A DNA stretch of 64,000 nucleotides, from positions 7,978 through 71,977 of the forward strand of contig JBOGKM010000040.1 of the NCBI GenBank assembly GCA_050747745.1. The letters are read 5' to 3'. This document shows, piece by piece, positions 7,425 to 16,423 of this stretch (its first letter is position 1; each line of letters begins with the position of its first letter). A program made the translations under genes and the position numbers. A model generated the notes under the pieces. The model was given only the letters and a program-made list of their open reading frames with translations, was not told the DNA's origin and did not search any database. This DNA is from Terriglobales bacterium. Lineage in GTDB: Bacteria; Acidobacteriota; Terriglobia; Terriglobales; SCQP01.

Positions 7425-8390
7425 CTACAGGCCGCCGCCACCGCCGCCCTTCTTGGATTTCGGGTTCGTCTTTTTGGGCGTGTTGGGATCGGTCTGCACG
7501 GATAGAATACGTGCGCTGGCGCCAAAGCGTTTGTAATTTTTGAACTGAATCACCATGCGCATGGGCACCGGTGTTGCTCCCGGCCCACTGGGCGGTATTT
7601 CCCCCTGCATGAGCGTATAGACCGGAAACCAGTACTTGCCGTCAATTTCCTTGCGCCACACCGTGAAGGGCAAAAAGGTGTTTTGCGCATAGCCCTTCTT
7701 GTCATAAATGTCCGGCACGACGCGCCCGATGCTTTTCACGATGCACAGGCTCTGATCGTCCACGTAGACGACACCGTCAAAATAGCGGCGCCCCTTGACG
7801 ATTTTTTTGGGCTGTACGCGGAACATGTACGCCGTGATCTGATCGAGATGCTGGTGATCGAGATAGGTGACGTTGTATTGAGGCAGCTCGTCGATGGAGA
7901 AGGTGTACATGTTCATGTTGAACATGTCAGTAACATCATCGGGAGTGATATTGATGCTGGTGAGGGTGGGCTGGGGACAGTAGGTGCAAACGATCTGGCG
8001 TCCGCTGCCGGGGACGTAGACGATGTTGTTGACTTGCTGGAAGGCCCCAGTGGGCTGACCGCCGGGACCGAGATCGCTGACCGACTGCATGAGGATGGAT
8101 TCGGTGTAGGTGTAGTTGTTGGCGAGCAACTGGCGGAAGTCGCGCTCATGGGTGGCAAAGGTCTGGATGATGCTTTGAATTTTCGCCGGGGAGGGATTGG
8201 GAAGGCGCTGGCTGGGCGGAGCCAGGCTCCACACCGGGCGGTTCATCGCCAACGGCCCCGGACCGGCGCCGTCGCCCAGCACGAGCTGTCCTTTGGAATT
8301 CAATTTGCCGCTTTGCGCGGCCGCGGCCACCCCTAGCACCAGCATCAGCGCCAAGGCGCCACCGCACTGCCATGCCCTGCGTACCGGCAT
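7425..8390 (-). CDS. Exported hypothetical protein with C-terminal KKGGGGGGL tail
   Basis: Signal peptide MPVRRAWQCGGALALMLVLGVAAAAQS. Balanced composition, no recognised domain. Confidence 0.75.
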   Translation of the reverse strand: MPVRRAWQCGGALALMLVLGVAAAAQSGKLNSKGQLVLGDGAGPGPLAMNRPVWSLAPPSQRLPNPSPAKIQSIIQTFATHERDFRQLLANNYTYTESILMQSVSDLGPGGQPTGAFQQVNNIVYVPGSGRQIVCTYCPQPTLTSINITPDDVTDMFNMNMYTFSIDELPQYNVTYLDHQHLDQITAYMFRVQPKKIVKGRRYFDGVVYVDDQSLCIVKSIGRVVPDIYDKKGYAQNTFLPFTVWRKEIDGKYWFPVYTLMQGEIPPSGPGATPVPMRMVIQFKNYKRFGASARILSVQTDPNTPKKTNPKSKKGGGGGGL

Positions 8391-8470
8391 ATTTACCCCC
8401 TGTTAAACATTCTACCCGCCTCCCGCCGCGTGCGCAGACCGTATAATCAGAGCAGATTGGGAGGCTCTCG

Positions 8471-9385
8471 ATGCCGTTTTCGATCCGCCGCGCGGCCACG
8501 GTTACGGCCGCAGCGATGTTGATCTTCACTGCCGGCGCCTGGGCGAGCCGCAAGGCCACCTACATCCGCCCGGTGATGCACACCTTCTCCGCCGCCGGTA
8601 TTCGCCAGATCGTGGTCCAAAACCTCGCCGGGCCGATCAGCGTGCAGACCGCTGCCGGCAATTCCATTCAGGTCACAATCCTCATCCACTCCGCCGGCGA
8701 TGACGCCGTTTTCGCGCGCACGCTATCCCAGCAACTCACGTTTACGGTCCAGAACATCAACGGCCAACTGCGCGTGATCGGCAATTATCCGCTCGATCAC
8801 TTTCGCAACTATGCCTACCCGATGAAAAGCATCGCCGGGATTCACGGCACCGATAAGAACGTTTATCAGGGCAAAAAGGTCTTCGTCCGCAACGTCTCCA
8901 GCGGCAAGGCAGTCGAGCTGTGGGCGGAAATCCGCATCACCACGCCGCCGCGGGTGGCGGTGGTGTTGCGCAATATTTATGGTGAGCTGAAGTTGCGCGG
9001 CGGCGTCCCCGCGCCCGGTGGAGGCAGCATGGACGGGTTCACCGACGCCGGCAACATAGAGGTCTATCGGCCGGAGTGGCAGTCAGTGAAGCTGCAAAAC
9101 GATTACGGCAAGGTGGATTTCACCGCCGGGCTCGGCGCGGCGCGCGACATCCACATCAAAACCGACGTGGGCAGTACCTACCTGTCCCTGCAGCCCGGCG
9201 CCGACCCGGTCATCATCGCCCACAAGGACTTGGGATTTTTGCACAACGACATCACCCAGGCGAGCTTTCATAAAGACAGCCAAGGCGATTCGGTGCTGAA
9301 ACTGGGAGATGGCAAAGGCGCTACCGTCACCATCGACATGAGCATCGGCAGCCTGCACCTTGCCACGATTGGGGCAGGGCAATGA
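8471..9385 (+). CDS. DUF4097-like beta-strand repeat exported protein (putative adhesin fold)
   Basis: Signal/TM MPFSIRRAATVTAAAMLIFTAGAWA. Repeated G.I.V...G.... beta-strand pattern (ISVQTAAGNSIQVTILI, GELKLRGG, GNIEVY, GKVDF, TDVGSTYLSL). Confidence 0.7.
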   Translation: MPFSIRRAATVTAAAMLIFTAGAWASRKATYIRPVMHTFSAAGIRQIVVQNLAGPISVQTAAGNSIQVTILIHSAGDDAVFARTLSQQLTFTVQNINGQLRVIGNYPLDHFRNYAYPMKSIAGIHGTDKNVYQGKKVFVRNVSSGKAVELWAEIRITTPPRVAVVLRNIYGELKLRGGVPAPGGGSMDGFTDAGNIEVYRPEWQSVKLQNDYGKVDFTAGLGAARDIHIKTDVGSTYLSLQPGADPVIIAHKDLGFLHNDITQASFHKDSQGDSVLKLGDGKGATVTIDMSIGSLHLATIGAGQ

Positions 9386-9447
9386 ATCGCGAGTAGGCAA
9401 AGGGTTCGGGTCCGGGAGAAGTAGACGGGAATTAACCGGGCCGAAAA

Positions 9448-9463
9448 GTGCAACTTTTTGCAC
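9448..9463. promoter_or_regulatory. Palindrome GTGCAA-CTTT-TTGCAC, candidate enhancer-binding-protein site (or hairpin) about 67 bp upstream of the -24 element at 9514
   Basis: A perfect 6+6 inverted repeat. Its reverse complement CTGTGCAAAAAGTTGCAC shares CTGTGCAA-N4-KTGCA with 1999-2016. Confidence 0.3.
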
Positions 9464-9513
9464 AGGGGGGTGTCATAGCTGGCGGAAAGCACGCTACGAA
9501 AGGGGAACCCGTT

Positions 9514-9529
9514 TGGCACTGAGATTGCA
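9514..9529 (+). promoter_or_regulatory. Sigma-54 (RpoN) -24/-12 promoter
   Basis: TGGCACTGAGATTGCA matches TGGCAC-N5-TTGCA with canonical spacing. It lies 26 nt upstream of ATG 9555, and AAGGAG SD at 9541-9546 would fall in the short leader. Confidence 0.75.
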
Positions 9530-9554
9530 CGGCATATCTAAAGGAGACGGAACC

Positions 9555-10130
9555 ATGAAAACGAGACTGCTGGGACGGATTACGGTTTGGGGGGCGCTTG
9601 TATGCGGACTGGCGCTGGCAGCGGCGCCGGCGGTAGCGGGCCCGGTGGTGTGGACATTTCAGAATTTCGATGGCATTAACGGAGCGACCGGCCAGATCAC
9701 GGGGTCGTTCGTTTACAACGGGTCCGCAATTACGAGTTGGGACATCACTGTACCGGAAGACTCGATCTACAGGTCGCCCAACACCTTCCCTCAGGTGACG
9801 TTCACCGAAGGCAATTCGTCGGAGTTCGGGTCCTATTTGAGCGAGCCGGAGTTCGCCACCAGCTCCGGCGGTACGCTCGATTTGTATTTCGACGTCGGGC
9901 CTTCGGACCTTTCCACGCCCGGCACCTACAACGACGCCAATTGGTTCGAGGACTACCAGGCGACAAGCAGTTCATATATCGAGGCTGATTTCGGGGGCAC
10001 GCTGGTAGGGACGGCGGAGACGCCGGAACCAGCTACGTGGGCCCTGCTGGGTACGGGCGGACTGATGCTGCTGGGGCTGGCGTGGCGGCGGAGGGGGAGT
10101 TTTGCAATGGGCCGCTATACTGGGGTGTGA
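9555..10130 (+). CDS. PEP-CTERM sorting domain-containing exported protein
   Basis: The start is ATG 9555 after AAGGAG. Signal peptide MKTRLLGRITVWGALVCGLALAAAPAVAG. Canonical C-terminus TPEPATWALLGTGGLMLLGLAWRRR. Confidence 0.85.
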   Translation: MKTRLLGRITVWGALVCGLALAAAPAVAGPVVWTFQNFDGINGATGQITGSFVYNGSAITSWDITVPEDSIYRSPNTFPQVTFTEGNSSEFGSYLSEPEFATSSGGTLDLYFDVGPSDLSTPGTYNDANWFEDYQATSSSYIEADFGGTLVGTAETPEPATWALLGTGGLMLLGLAWRRRGSFAMGRYTGV

Positions 10131-11689
10131 AGCCGAACAGCCCGCCGCGTGCGTTTCGTGAAAACTTGACCGCCCTGATCACGCGCACCGCGACGGATTT
10201 GCCGCCGGATGTGCGGGCGGCGATGAAGCGCGCGAGCGGGCGCGAGGTGGCGGAGCATCCCGAGGGAAATCAGGCCAGCCAGGCGCTGAGCATCATTGAC
10301 ACCAATATCCAGATGGCAGCCGGGGATGAAGGCCCGGTGTGCCAGGACACCGGCATGCCCACGTTTTTCGTGCAGACGCCGGTGGGATTCAACCAGATTC
10401 AGCTGCGGCGGGAGATTGTGGGCGCCATCGAGGAAGCCACACGGCGGGGCAAGCTGCGGCCCAACAGCGTGGATTCGCTGACCGGAACCAATAGCGGCAA
10501 CAACTTGGGGCCGGGCACGCCGGTGGTGCATTGGGAACAGTGGGAAAACGAGGAAGAAATTGAGATCAAGCTGCTGCTAAAAGGCGGCGGCTGCGAGAAC
10601 AAGAACATCCAGTATTCCCTGCCCTGCACGCTGGAGCATTTGGAGCGGGCGGGACGCGACCTGGACGGCATCCGGAAATGCATTCTGCACGCGGTGTGGC
10701 AAGCGCAGGGACAGGGGTGCGCACCGGGAGCGCTGGGGGTGGCCATCGGCGGGGATCGGACCTCGGGCTACGCGGCGGCCAAAGAGCAGCTTTTGAGACC
10801 GCTGGATGACGTCAACCCGGACGCGCGGCTGGCGGAGTTAGAAGCCTACGTGCTGGAGCGGGCGAATACACTGGGGATCGGCGCGATGGGATTCGGCGGC
10901 GGGGTGTCGCTGATCGGGTGCAAGGTTACAGCGCTGAACCGGCTGCCGGCCAGCTTTTTCGTTTCCGTCGCCTACGATTGCTGGGCGTACCGGCGGCGGG
11001 GGGTGGTGCTGGATGCGGCCACGGGCGAAGTGAAACGTTGGCTGTACGGCGATCCGCCGCTGAAGGGACAGGAGCCGAAGGCGCCGGCGAGGGTTGAGGC
11101 GCCGGCGGGCATCCGGCTGCGGGCGCCGATCAGCGAGGAACTGGTTCGCAGCCTGAAGGTTGGCGAGATGGTACTGATTTCCGGGGTGGTCTATACCGGA
11201 CGGGATGCGGTGCACGCGCACCTGATGCACCATGATCCACCGGTGGATCTGCAGGGCGCGGTGCTGTACCATTGCGGGCCGGTGGCGCGCAAGGATGCGC
11301 AGGGCAACTGGACGATCGGCGCCGCCGGCCCGACCACCAGCATCCGCGAAGAACCTTACGAGGCCGATTTGCTGCGGCGATACGGTATGCGGGTGATTAT
11401 CGGCAAAGGCGGCATGGGGGAGCGGACGCTGGAGGCGCTCAAGGAGTGCGGGGCGGTGTATTTGAACGCCATTGGCGGCGCGGCGCAGTATTATGGCCGG
11501 ACGATCAAGAAGGTGCGGGGCGTGCATCTGCTGGAGTTCGGCACACCGGAGGCGATGTGGGAGCTGGAAGTCGAGGATTTTCCCGCCGTGGTCACCATGG
11601 ACAGCCACGGGCATAGCCTGCATCAGTGGGTGGCGGCCGAGAGCGGCAAGGCGCTGCACGAGCTGGCGGGGATAGGGGATCGGGTTTAG
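10127..11689 (+). CDS. Class I (Fe-S) fumarate hydratase / tartrate dehydratase family, fused alpha+beta
   Basis: PVCQDTGMPTFFV, GGGCENKN and a C-terminal beta-subunit-like part (GVVYTGRDAVHAHL, GPTTS.R). The proposed GTG start at 10127 overlaps the upstream stop (GTGA), but the start is uncertain. Confidence 0.9.
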   Translation: MKPNSPPRAFRENLTALITRTATDLPPDVRAAMKRASGREVAEHPEGNQASQALSIIDTNIQMAAGDEGPVCQDTGMPTFFVQTPVGFNQIQLRREIVGAIEEATRRGKLRPNSVDSLTGTNSGNNLGPGTPVVHWEQWENEEEIEIKLLLKGGGCENKNIQYSLPCTLEHLERAGRDLDGIRKCILHAVWQAQGQGCAPGALGVAIGGDRTSGYAAAKEQLLRPLDDVNPDARLAELEAYVLERANTLGIGAMGFGGGVSLIGCKVTALNRLPASFFVSVAYDCWAYRRRGVVLDAATGEVKRWLYGDPPLKGQEPKAPARVEAPAGIRLRAPISEELVRSLKVGEMVLISGVVYTGRDAVHAHLMHHDPPVDLQGAVLYHCGPVARKDAQGNWTIGAAGPTTSIREEPYEADLLRRYGMRVIIGKGGMGERTLEALKECGAVYLNAIGGAAQYYGRTIKKVRGVHLLEFGTPEAMWELEVEDFPAVVTMDSHGHSLHQWVAAESGKALHELAGIGDRV

Positions 11690-11691
11690 GG

Positions 11692-12735
11692 ATGGAGTGC
11701 CTGAACTGCGGAGCGGAAATGGCGCGCGTCGAGATGCGCTCGGACAAGGCCAGCGTGAGCTACGACCTGTGCGAGAAGTGCGGAGGGCTGTGGCTGGATG
11801 CGGGCGAGATGGACAAGATCGCCTACCAAGTGAAGGGCAGCATTGAACAGAGCACACAGGAGCCGGTGGCCGAGACTGCGCGAAGGGTCCGCAAGTGCCC
11901 ACGCTGCGACAATGAGGACCTGGTTGCGGTTCATTTTCTGGATTGCACCGAAATTCTGCTACACCACTGCCGCGGCTGCGGGGGATATTGGCTGGACGGC
12001 GGCGAGCTGGAGCTGATGGACCGGGAGCTGGCGGCCGATGGTCCGGTCAAAAGCCACAGGTTTGCTGATTTCGTTTACAACCAGCACCTGCCGTACTGGA
12101 TAAAACGAGTGAGCAGCGCAGATGCGCGGCCGCGGCGGGAGGCGATGCCGATTGCGGGGGCGGAAAAGACCGGTCCGGCGCAAGGGCAATGCCCGGCGTG
12201 CGGCACACAGCTCGAGGGATATACGGCTTTCGGGATGAAGTTCTCGGGCTGCCCGGCCTGCAAGGGGATTTGGCTGTTGCGGGATGAACTGCGCGAGCTC
12301 AAGAACCAGGTCGAGGGCGGCAATCTGCGCTGGCTGAATGACGAGGTGGAAAACATTGAACAGGTGTGCGCGGCGGAGTGCAAGCGGCTGTGCCCATTGT
12401 GCGCCGGCCAGCGGCTGGAGGCGACGATGTTCGGAAAATCGTCGGCGGTGATTGATTGGTGCCCAAAATGCCGGGGCATGTGGCTGGACGGGGAGGAATT
12501 CGACGCGATCCGGGACTACTTGCACCAGGAGATGGAAAGTCTGCATTCGGGCGAGATCGAGAAAAGGCTGTTGCAGGCGGTGCGGAAGGTCTGGAGCGGC
12601 GGGGCCGAACCGCGACGCGAGGAGCTGCTGGATGCCAAGGCCACGATCCGGGCGCTGGTGCATGCGGGCATTTACGAGCACGTACGACTGGTCACGCGCA
12701 TGGTGGCGAACGCAAGGGCGGTTAGACCGTTCTGA
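11692..12735 (+). CDS. Protein composed of four tandem TFIIB-type zinc-ribbon modules (zf-TFIIB/PF13453-like)
   Basis: Four repeats of CxxC...CxxCxGxWLD: CLNC..CEKCGGLWLDAGEM, CPRC..CRGCGGYWLDGGEL, CPAC..CPACKGIWLLRDEL, CPLC..CPKCRGMWLDGEEF. ATG 11692 lies 2 nt after the fumarase stop. Confidence 0.8.
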   Translation: MECLNCGAEMARVEMRSDKASVSYDLCEKCGGLWLDAGEMDKIAYQVKGSIEQSTQEPVAETARRVRKCPRCDNEDLVAVHFLDCTEILLHHCRGCGGYWLDGGELELMDRELAADGPVKSHRFADFVYNQHLPYWIKRVSSADARPRREAMPIAGAEKTGPAQGQCPACGTQLEGYTAFGMKFSGCPACKGIWLLRDELRELKNQVEGGNLRWLNDEVENIEQVCAAECKRLCPLCAGQRLEATMFGKSSAVIDWCPKCRGMWLDGEEFDAIRDYLHQEMESLHSGEIEKRLLQAVRKVWSGGAEPRREELLDAKATIRALVHAGIYEHVRLVTRMVANARAVRPF

Positions 12736-12760
12736 GCCATTCCGATTAGAATGATCACTT

Positions 12761-13846
12761 ATGCCCTTTAAGGTTGCGGTGCTCAAGGAGACGCGCGCGG
12801 GCGAGGCGCGCACGGCGATGGTGCCGGCGGTGGGGGCGCAACTGGAGAAGCTGGGGGCGGAAATCAGCTGGCAAGCGGATGCGGCGGCGGCGGGAGGAGC
12901 GGATTTGGTGTTGGGGGTGCAGCCGCCGGGCGCAGCGATCGTGGGGGCGATGCGGCCGGGGGCGATTCTGATTTCCTTTATCTACGCGCAACAGAATCCG
13001 GCGCTGGCGGCGGCGCTGCGCGACCGGCAGATCACATGCTTCGCCATGGAACTGGTGCCGCGGATTTCGCGGGCGCAGCCGCTGGATGCGCTCTCCAGCC
13101 AGGCAGCTCTGGCGGGGTATTACGCGGTACTACTGGGCGCCACGCACCTGACGCGCGTGCTGCCGCGCATGACGACGGCGGCGGGGGTGATTCGTCCGGC
13201 AACGGCGCTGGTGATGGGATTGGGGGTGGCGGGGTTGCAGGCGATCGCCACGCTGCGACGGCTGGGGGCGGTGATTGAGGCTTACGACGTGCGGCCGGAA
13301 ACGAAAGAAGAAGCCGAATCGCTGGGGGCAAAATTCGTGGCGACGGGGGTGGATGCACGCGGCGAGGGCGGCTATGCGCGCGAGCTGACCAGCGAAGAGA
13401 GAGAGAAGATCGACGCCGCGATCACCAGCCACATTCAACGCGCGGACCTGATCATCACCGCCGCGGCGGTGCCGGGGCGGCGGTCGCCGCGGTTGATTTC
13501 GGCCGAGCAGGTGGCGGGAATGAAAGCCGGGGCGGTGATCGTGGACCTGGGCGCCGAAGGCGGCGGCAATTGCGCGCTCAGCCGCGCGGGAGAAACGGTG
13601 CGCGCGGCGGGAAAAGATGGCGAAGTGACGATCCTGGCTCCCTTGAACATCACCTCGCGGCTGGCGGAAAACGCGAGCGAGCTATACGCCAAAAACGTTT
13701 TCAACCTGCTGAAGCTGATGATCAAGGACGGGGCGCTGGCGCTGGACTGGAACGACGAAGTGCTGGAAAAAACCGCGCTCACGCACGCCGGAGAGGTGAA
13801 AAACACGGCGGCGCGGGAAGCGCTGGAAGCGGCCACGGCGCGCTGA
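12761..13846 (+). CDS. pntAA: NAD(P) transhydrogenase subunit alpha part 1
   Basis: Alanine dehydrogenase/PNT N-terminal and NAD-binding pattern (VLKETRAGEARTAMVP, VMGLGVAGLQAIATLRRLGA). Confidence 0.93.
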   Translation: MPFKVAVLKETRAGEARTAMVPAVGAQLEKLGAEISWQADAAAAGGADLVLGVQPPGAAIVGAMRPGAILISFIYAQQNPALAAALRDRQITCFAMELVPRISRAQPLDALSSQAALAGYYAVLLGATHLTRVLPRMTTAAGVIRPATALVMGLGVAGLQAIATLRRLGAVIEAYDVRPETKEEAESLGAKFVATGVDARGEGGYARELTSEEREKIDAAITSHIQRADLIITAAAVPGRRSPRLISAEQVAGMKAGAVIVDLGAEGGGNCALSRAGETVRAAGKDGEVTILAPLNITSRLAENASELYAKNVFNLLKLMIKDGALALDWNDEVLEKTALTHAGEVKNTAAREALEAATAR

Positions 13847-13860
13847 CGGAGACGGGAACA

Positions 13861-14154
13861 ATGGAAACCACACTGGTGGGCTTCATCGCCGCCTACATCG
13901 TGATGCTGGCGGCGTTTACCGGCATCGAGATCATCGGGCGGGTGCCGGCGATTCTGCACACGCCGCTGATGTCGGGGTCGAACTTCGTACACGGCATCGT
14001 GGTGGTGGGCGCGCTCTACGCGCTGCTGAACGCGGCCACGCCGGCGCAGCAGATCATCGGGTTCGTGGGGGTGCTGCTGGGCGCGGGCAACTGCGCCGGC
14101 GGCTACGTCTCGACGGAAAGGATGCTGGAGATGTTCAAATCCAGCAAGAGCTAG
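13861..14154 (+). CDS. pntAB: NAD(P) transhydrogenase subunit alpha part 2 (membrane)
   Basis: 97-aa hydrophobic protein METTLVGFIAAYIVMLAAFTGIEIIGRVPAILHTPLMSGSNFVHGIVVVGA, located between pntAA and pntB. Confidence 0.9.
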   Translation: METTLVGFIAAYIVMLAAFTGIEIIGRVPAILHTPLMSGSNFVHGIVVVGALYALLNAATPAQQIIGFVGVLLGAGNCAGGYVSTERMLEMFKSSKS

Positions 14155-14160
14155 CCGCGC

Positions 14161-15588
14161 ATGACCACTCCCCGACTGATCATTGACGCGGCCGATTTCA
14201 TCGCCGCGCTGCTGTTCATCCTCGGCCTGAAGCGGATGTCGTCGCCGGTAACGGCGCGCAACGGCATCGTGGTGGCGGGCTGGGGGGTGCTGATCGCCAC
14301 GCTGGCGAGTTTTCTGTACTGGTTCGGGGTGACGGCGGCGGCGCGGCCGCATTTGGGCCTGAACCTCGCTCTCTGCATCATCGCCGTGGCGCTGGGGTTT
14401 CTGTGGGCGTGGTGGACGGGCAAGCGGGTGCCCATGACGCAGATGCCGCAGATGGTGGCGCTGTACAACGGCATGGGTGGCGGGGCGGCGGCCTGCATCG
14501 CGGCGGTGGAGCTGAGCGGACGCACGGCGCTGGCCACCGGGCGGTTGATTCCGGCGCTGATCGGGGCGTTGATTGGCGCGGTGTCGCTGTCGGGATCGCT
14601 GATTGCGTGGGCGAAGCTGGACGGCAAGATCAACAAGACCTTGCACTGGGGGACGCAGCAAATCGTCAACTTCGTGGTGCTGGGAGCGACGATCGCGGTG
14701 GGGCTGTACATCATTTTGTCGGTAACCGGGCAGGCACATGCGGGCTGGGTGGTCGGTTATTTTGTAGGCGCCCTGGCGTTCGGCGTACTGGCGACGCTGC
14801 CCATCGGGGGCGCCGACATGCCGGTGATGATTTCGCTGTACAACGCCATGACCGGCATCGCGGTGGCGATCGAGGGCTATGTACTGGCCAATCCGGTGCT
14901 GATCATCGCCGGGGTGGTGGTGGGAGCGGCGGGATCGTTGCTGACGCTGGCCATGGCGCGGGGAATGAACCGGTCGATTTCGAACATCCTGTTCACGCAC
15001 TTTGGCGCGACGCCGGCGGCGGCGGGGGCGGGAGAAATTCAAGGCAGCATGAAGCCGGTCGATCCCAGCGATGCGGCCATCAACATGCGCTACGCGGGCA
15101 AGGTGCTGATCATTCCCGGCTACGGGCTGGCGGTGGCGCAGGCGCAGTACAAGCTGTGGGAGTTCGTGAAGCTGCTGCAGGCTGCGGGTGTAGAAGCGAA
15201 GTTCGCCGTGCATCCGGTGGCGGGGCGCATGCCCGGACACATGGACGTGCTGCTGGCGGAAGCGGGCGTGCCGTATGACCTGATGAAAGAGTTGGATGAG
15301 GTCAACGACGAGTTCGACTCGACCGACGTGGCGCTGGTGATCGGCGCCAACGACGTGGTGAACCCGGCGGCGCGGACCGACAAGAGTTCGCCGATCTATG
15401 GGATGCCGATTCTCAATGCCGACCACGCGCGCCAGGTGTACGTGATCAAGCGCGGCCAGGGGAAGGGATATTCGGGCGTGGAGAACGAGCTGTTTTACGC
15501 CGACAACTGCAACATGGTCTACGGGGACGCGCAGGCGGTGCTGGTGAAGTTCATCGCGGCGATCAAGGAGATGGGCGCGGCGGCGTAG
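14161..15588 (+). CDS. pntB: NAD(P) transhydrogenase subunit beta
   Basis: Multi-TM N-terminus plus the NADP(H)-binding dIII domain (IIPGYGLAVAQAQ, HPVAGRMPGHMDVLLAEA, GANDVVNPAA). Confidence 0.95.
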   Translation: MTTPRLIIDAADFIAALLFILGLKRMSSPVTARNGIVVAGWGVLIATLASFLYWFGVTAAARPHLGLNLALCIIAVALGFLWAWWTGKRVPMTQMPQMVALYNGMGGGAAACIAAVELSGRTALATGRLIPALIGALIGAVSLSGSLIAWAKLDGKINKTLHWGTQQIVNFVVLGATIAVGLYIILSVTGQAHAGWVVGYFVGALAFGVLATLPIGGADMPVMISLYNAMTGIAVAIEGYVLANPVLIIAGVVVGAAGSLLTLAMARGMNRSISNILFTHFGATPAAAGAGEIQGSMKPVDPSDAAINMRYAGKVLIIPGYGLAVAQAQYKLWEFVKLLQAAGVEAKFAVHPVAGRMPGHMDVLLAEAGVPYDLMKELDEVNDEFDSTDVALVIGANDVVNPAARTDKSSPIYGMPILNADHARQVYVIKRGQGKGYSGVENELFYADNCNMVYGDAQAVLVKFIAAIKEMGAAA

Positions 15589-15973
15589 AGAACAGTTGTT
15601 AGCCCGGATTCCCATTTTGAGTGGCCCGGCCACCTCTTGTTTGACCGGACCTTGTGAAACCTTCGACCGCCAGTATCGTCAGTGTTTATGCGGGTGTGGC
15701 AAGGGTTTGGGAACCACTCCTTCAGCAGGGCCGATTGGGTAACGGTTTGCCATCTTTATGCTTTCAAGCCTTAATGCCGGCCTCCAAACACGCGGTCAGT
15801 TCGTGCTTGCCAGTCATGCCGATCAGCTTCCTTTCGAGGTATACGAGGTCATGCCGGATGGTCCACGGTCTTGACTCTCTGGCGCCACAGTCTCGAAGCC
15901 GCACTTCCAAGTTTCAGCGGCGAGCGATGCGCTGTGCGGGTTCATATATTCTTACCTATTGAGGAAAGGCAGA

Positions 15974-16423
15974 ATGAGCGTGCGCAGATACGTCATTCTC
16001 GGCTCGTGCCTGGTGGCGCTCGTCTTGATCCAGGTCATACCCTACGGCCACGACCACTCCGATCCGCCTACGGTCGCCGAACCGCATTGGGATGCTCCCC
16101 AGACCCGGGCACTGTTCCAGCACGCCTGCTTCGACTGCCACAGCAATAATACCGTTTGGCCCTGGTATTCCAACGTGGCACCCATGTCGTGGCTGGTGGA
16201 GAACGACGTCCAGGACGGCCGACGCCACATGAACTTGAGCGAGTGGAACCGGCCGCAGAAGGATGCCGCGAATGTGGCTAACAGGGTACGAAGTGGGGAT
16301 ATGCCGCTCTGGTACTACCTCCCCATGCACCCGAGGGCCCGGCTGAGCGCTGCCGAGAAGCAGGAGCTCATCGCCGGCGCAGCGCGCTCACTCGGTCCGC
16401 AGAAGCCGCCGAGGAAGAATTAG
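15974..16423 (+). CDS. Heme-binding domain protein (Haem_bd/PF14376-like, CxxCH)
   Basis: ATG 15974 after GAGGAAAGG. N-terminal TM, then CFDCHSNNTVWPWYSNVAPMSWLVENDVQDGRRHMNLSEW. Confidence 0.75.
   Translation: MSVRRYVILGSCLVALVLIQVIPYGHDHSDPPTVAEPHWDAPQTRALFQHACFDCHSNNTVWPWYSNVAPMSWLVENDVQDGRRHMNLSEWNRPQKDAANVANRVRSGDMPLWYYLPMHPRARLSAAEKQELIAGAARSLGPQKPPRKN

Noticed and set aside
7563-7578. Sigma-54-like site GGGCACCGGTGTTGCT
   Set aside because: It has the right GG/GC spacing, but it lies on the plus strand inside the minus-strand gene 7425-8390, with no plus-strand gene for ~900 bp, and it lacks the leading T. It is probably a chance match.
9448-9463. GTGCAACTTTTTGCAC as an intrinsic terminator
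   Set aside because: On the plus strand no U-tract follows the stem. On the minus strand a TTTT follows, but there is no upstream minus-strand gene to terminate. I kept it only as a candidate regulatory palindrome.
13435-15633. 732-aa ORF on the minus strand
   Set aside because: It is antisense to pntAA, pntAB and pntB. It is R/H/P/Q-rich with no motifs, while the plus-strand genes are unambiguous.
15654-15962. 102-aa plus-strand ORF in the pntB/heme-binding spacer
   Set aside because: It has no SD, an odd composition (Ser/Cys/Arg-rich) and ends inside the RBS of the next gene. It more likely lies in non-coding or decayed DNA.
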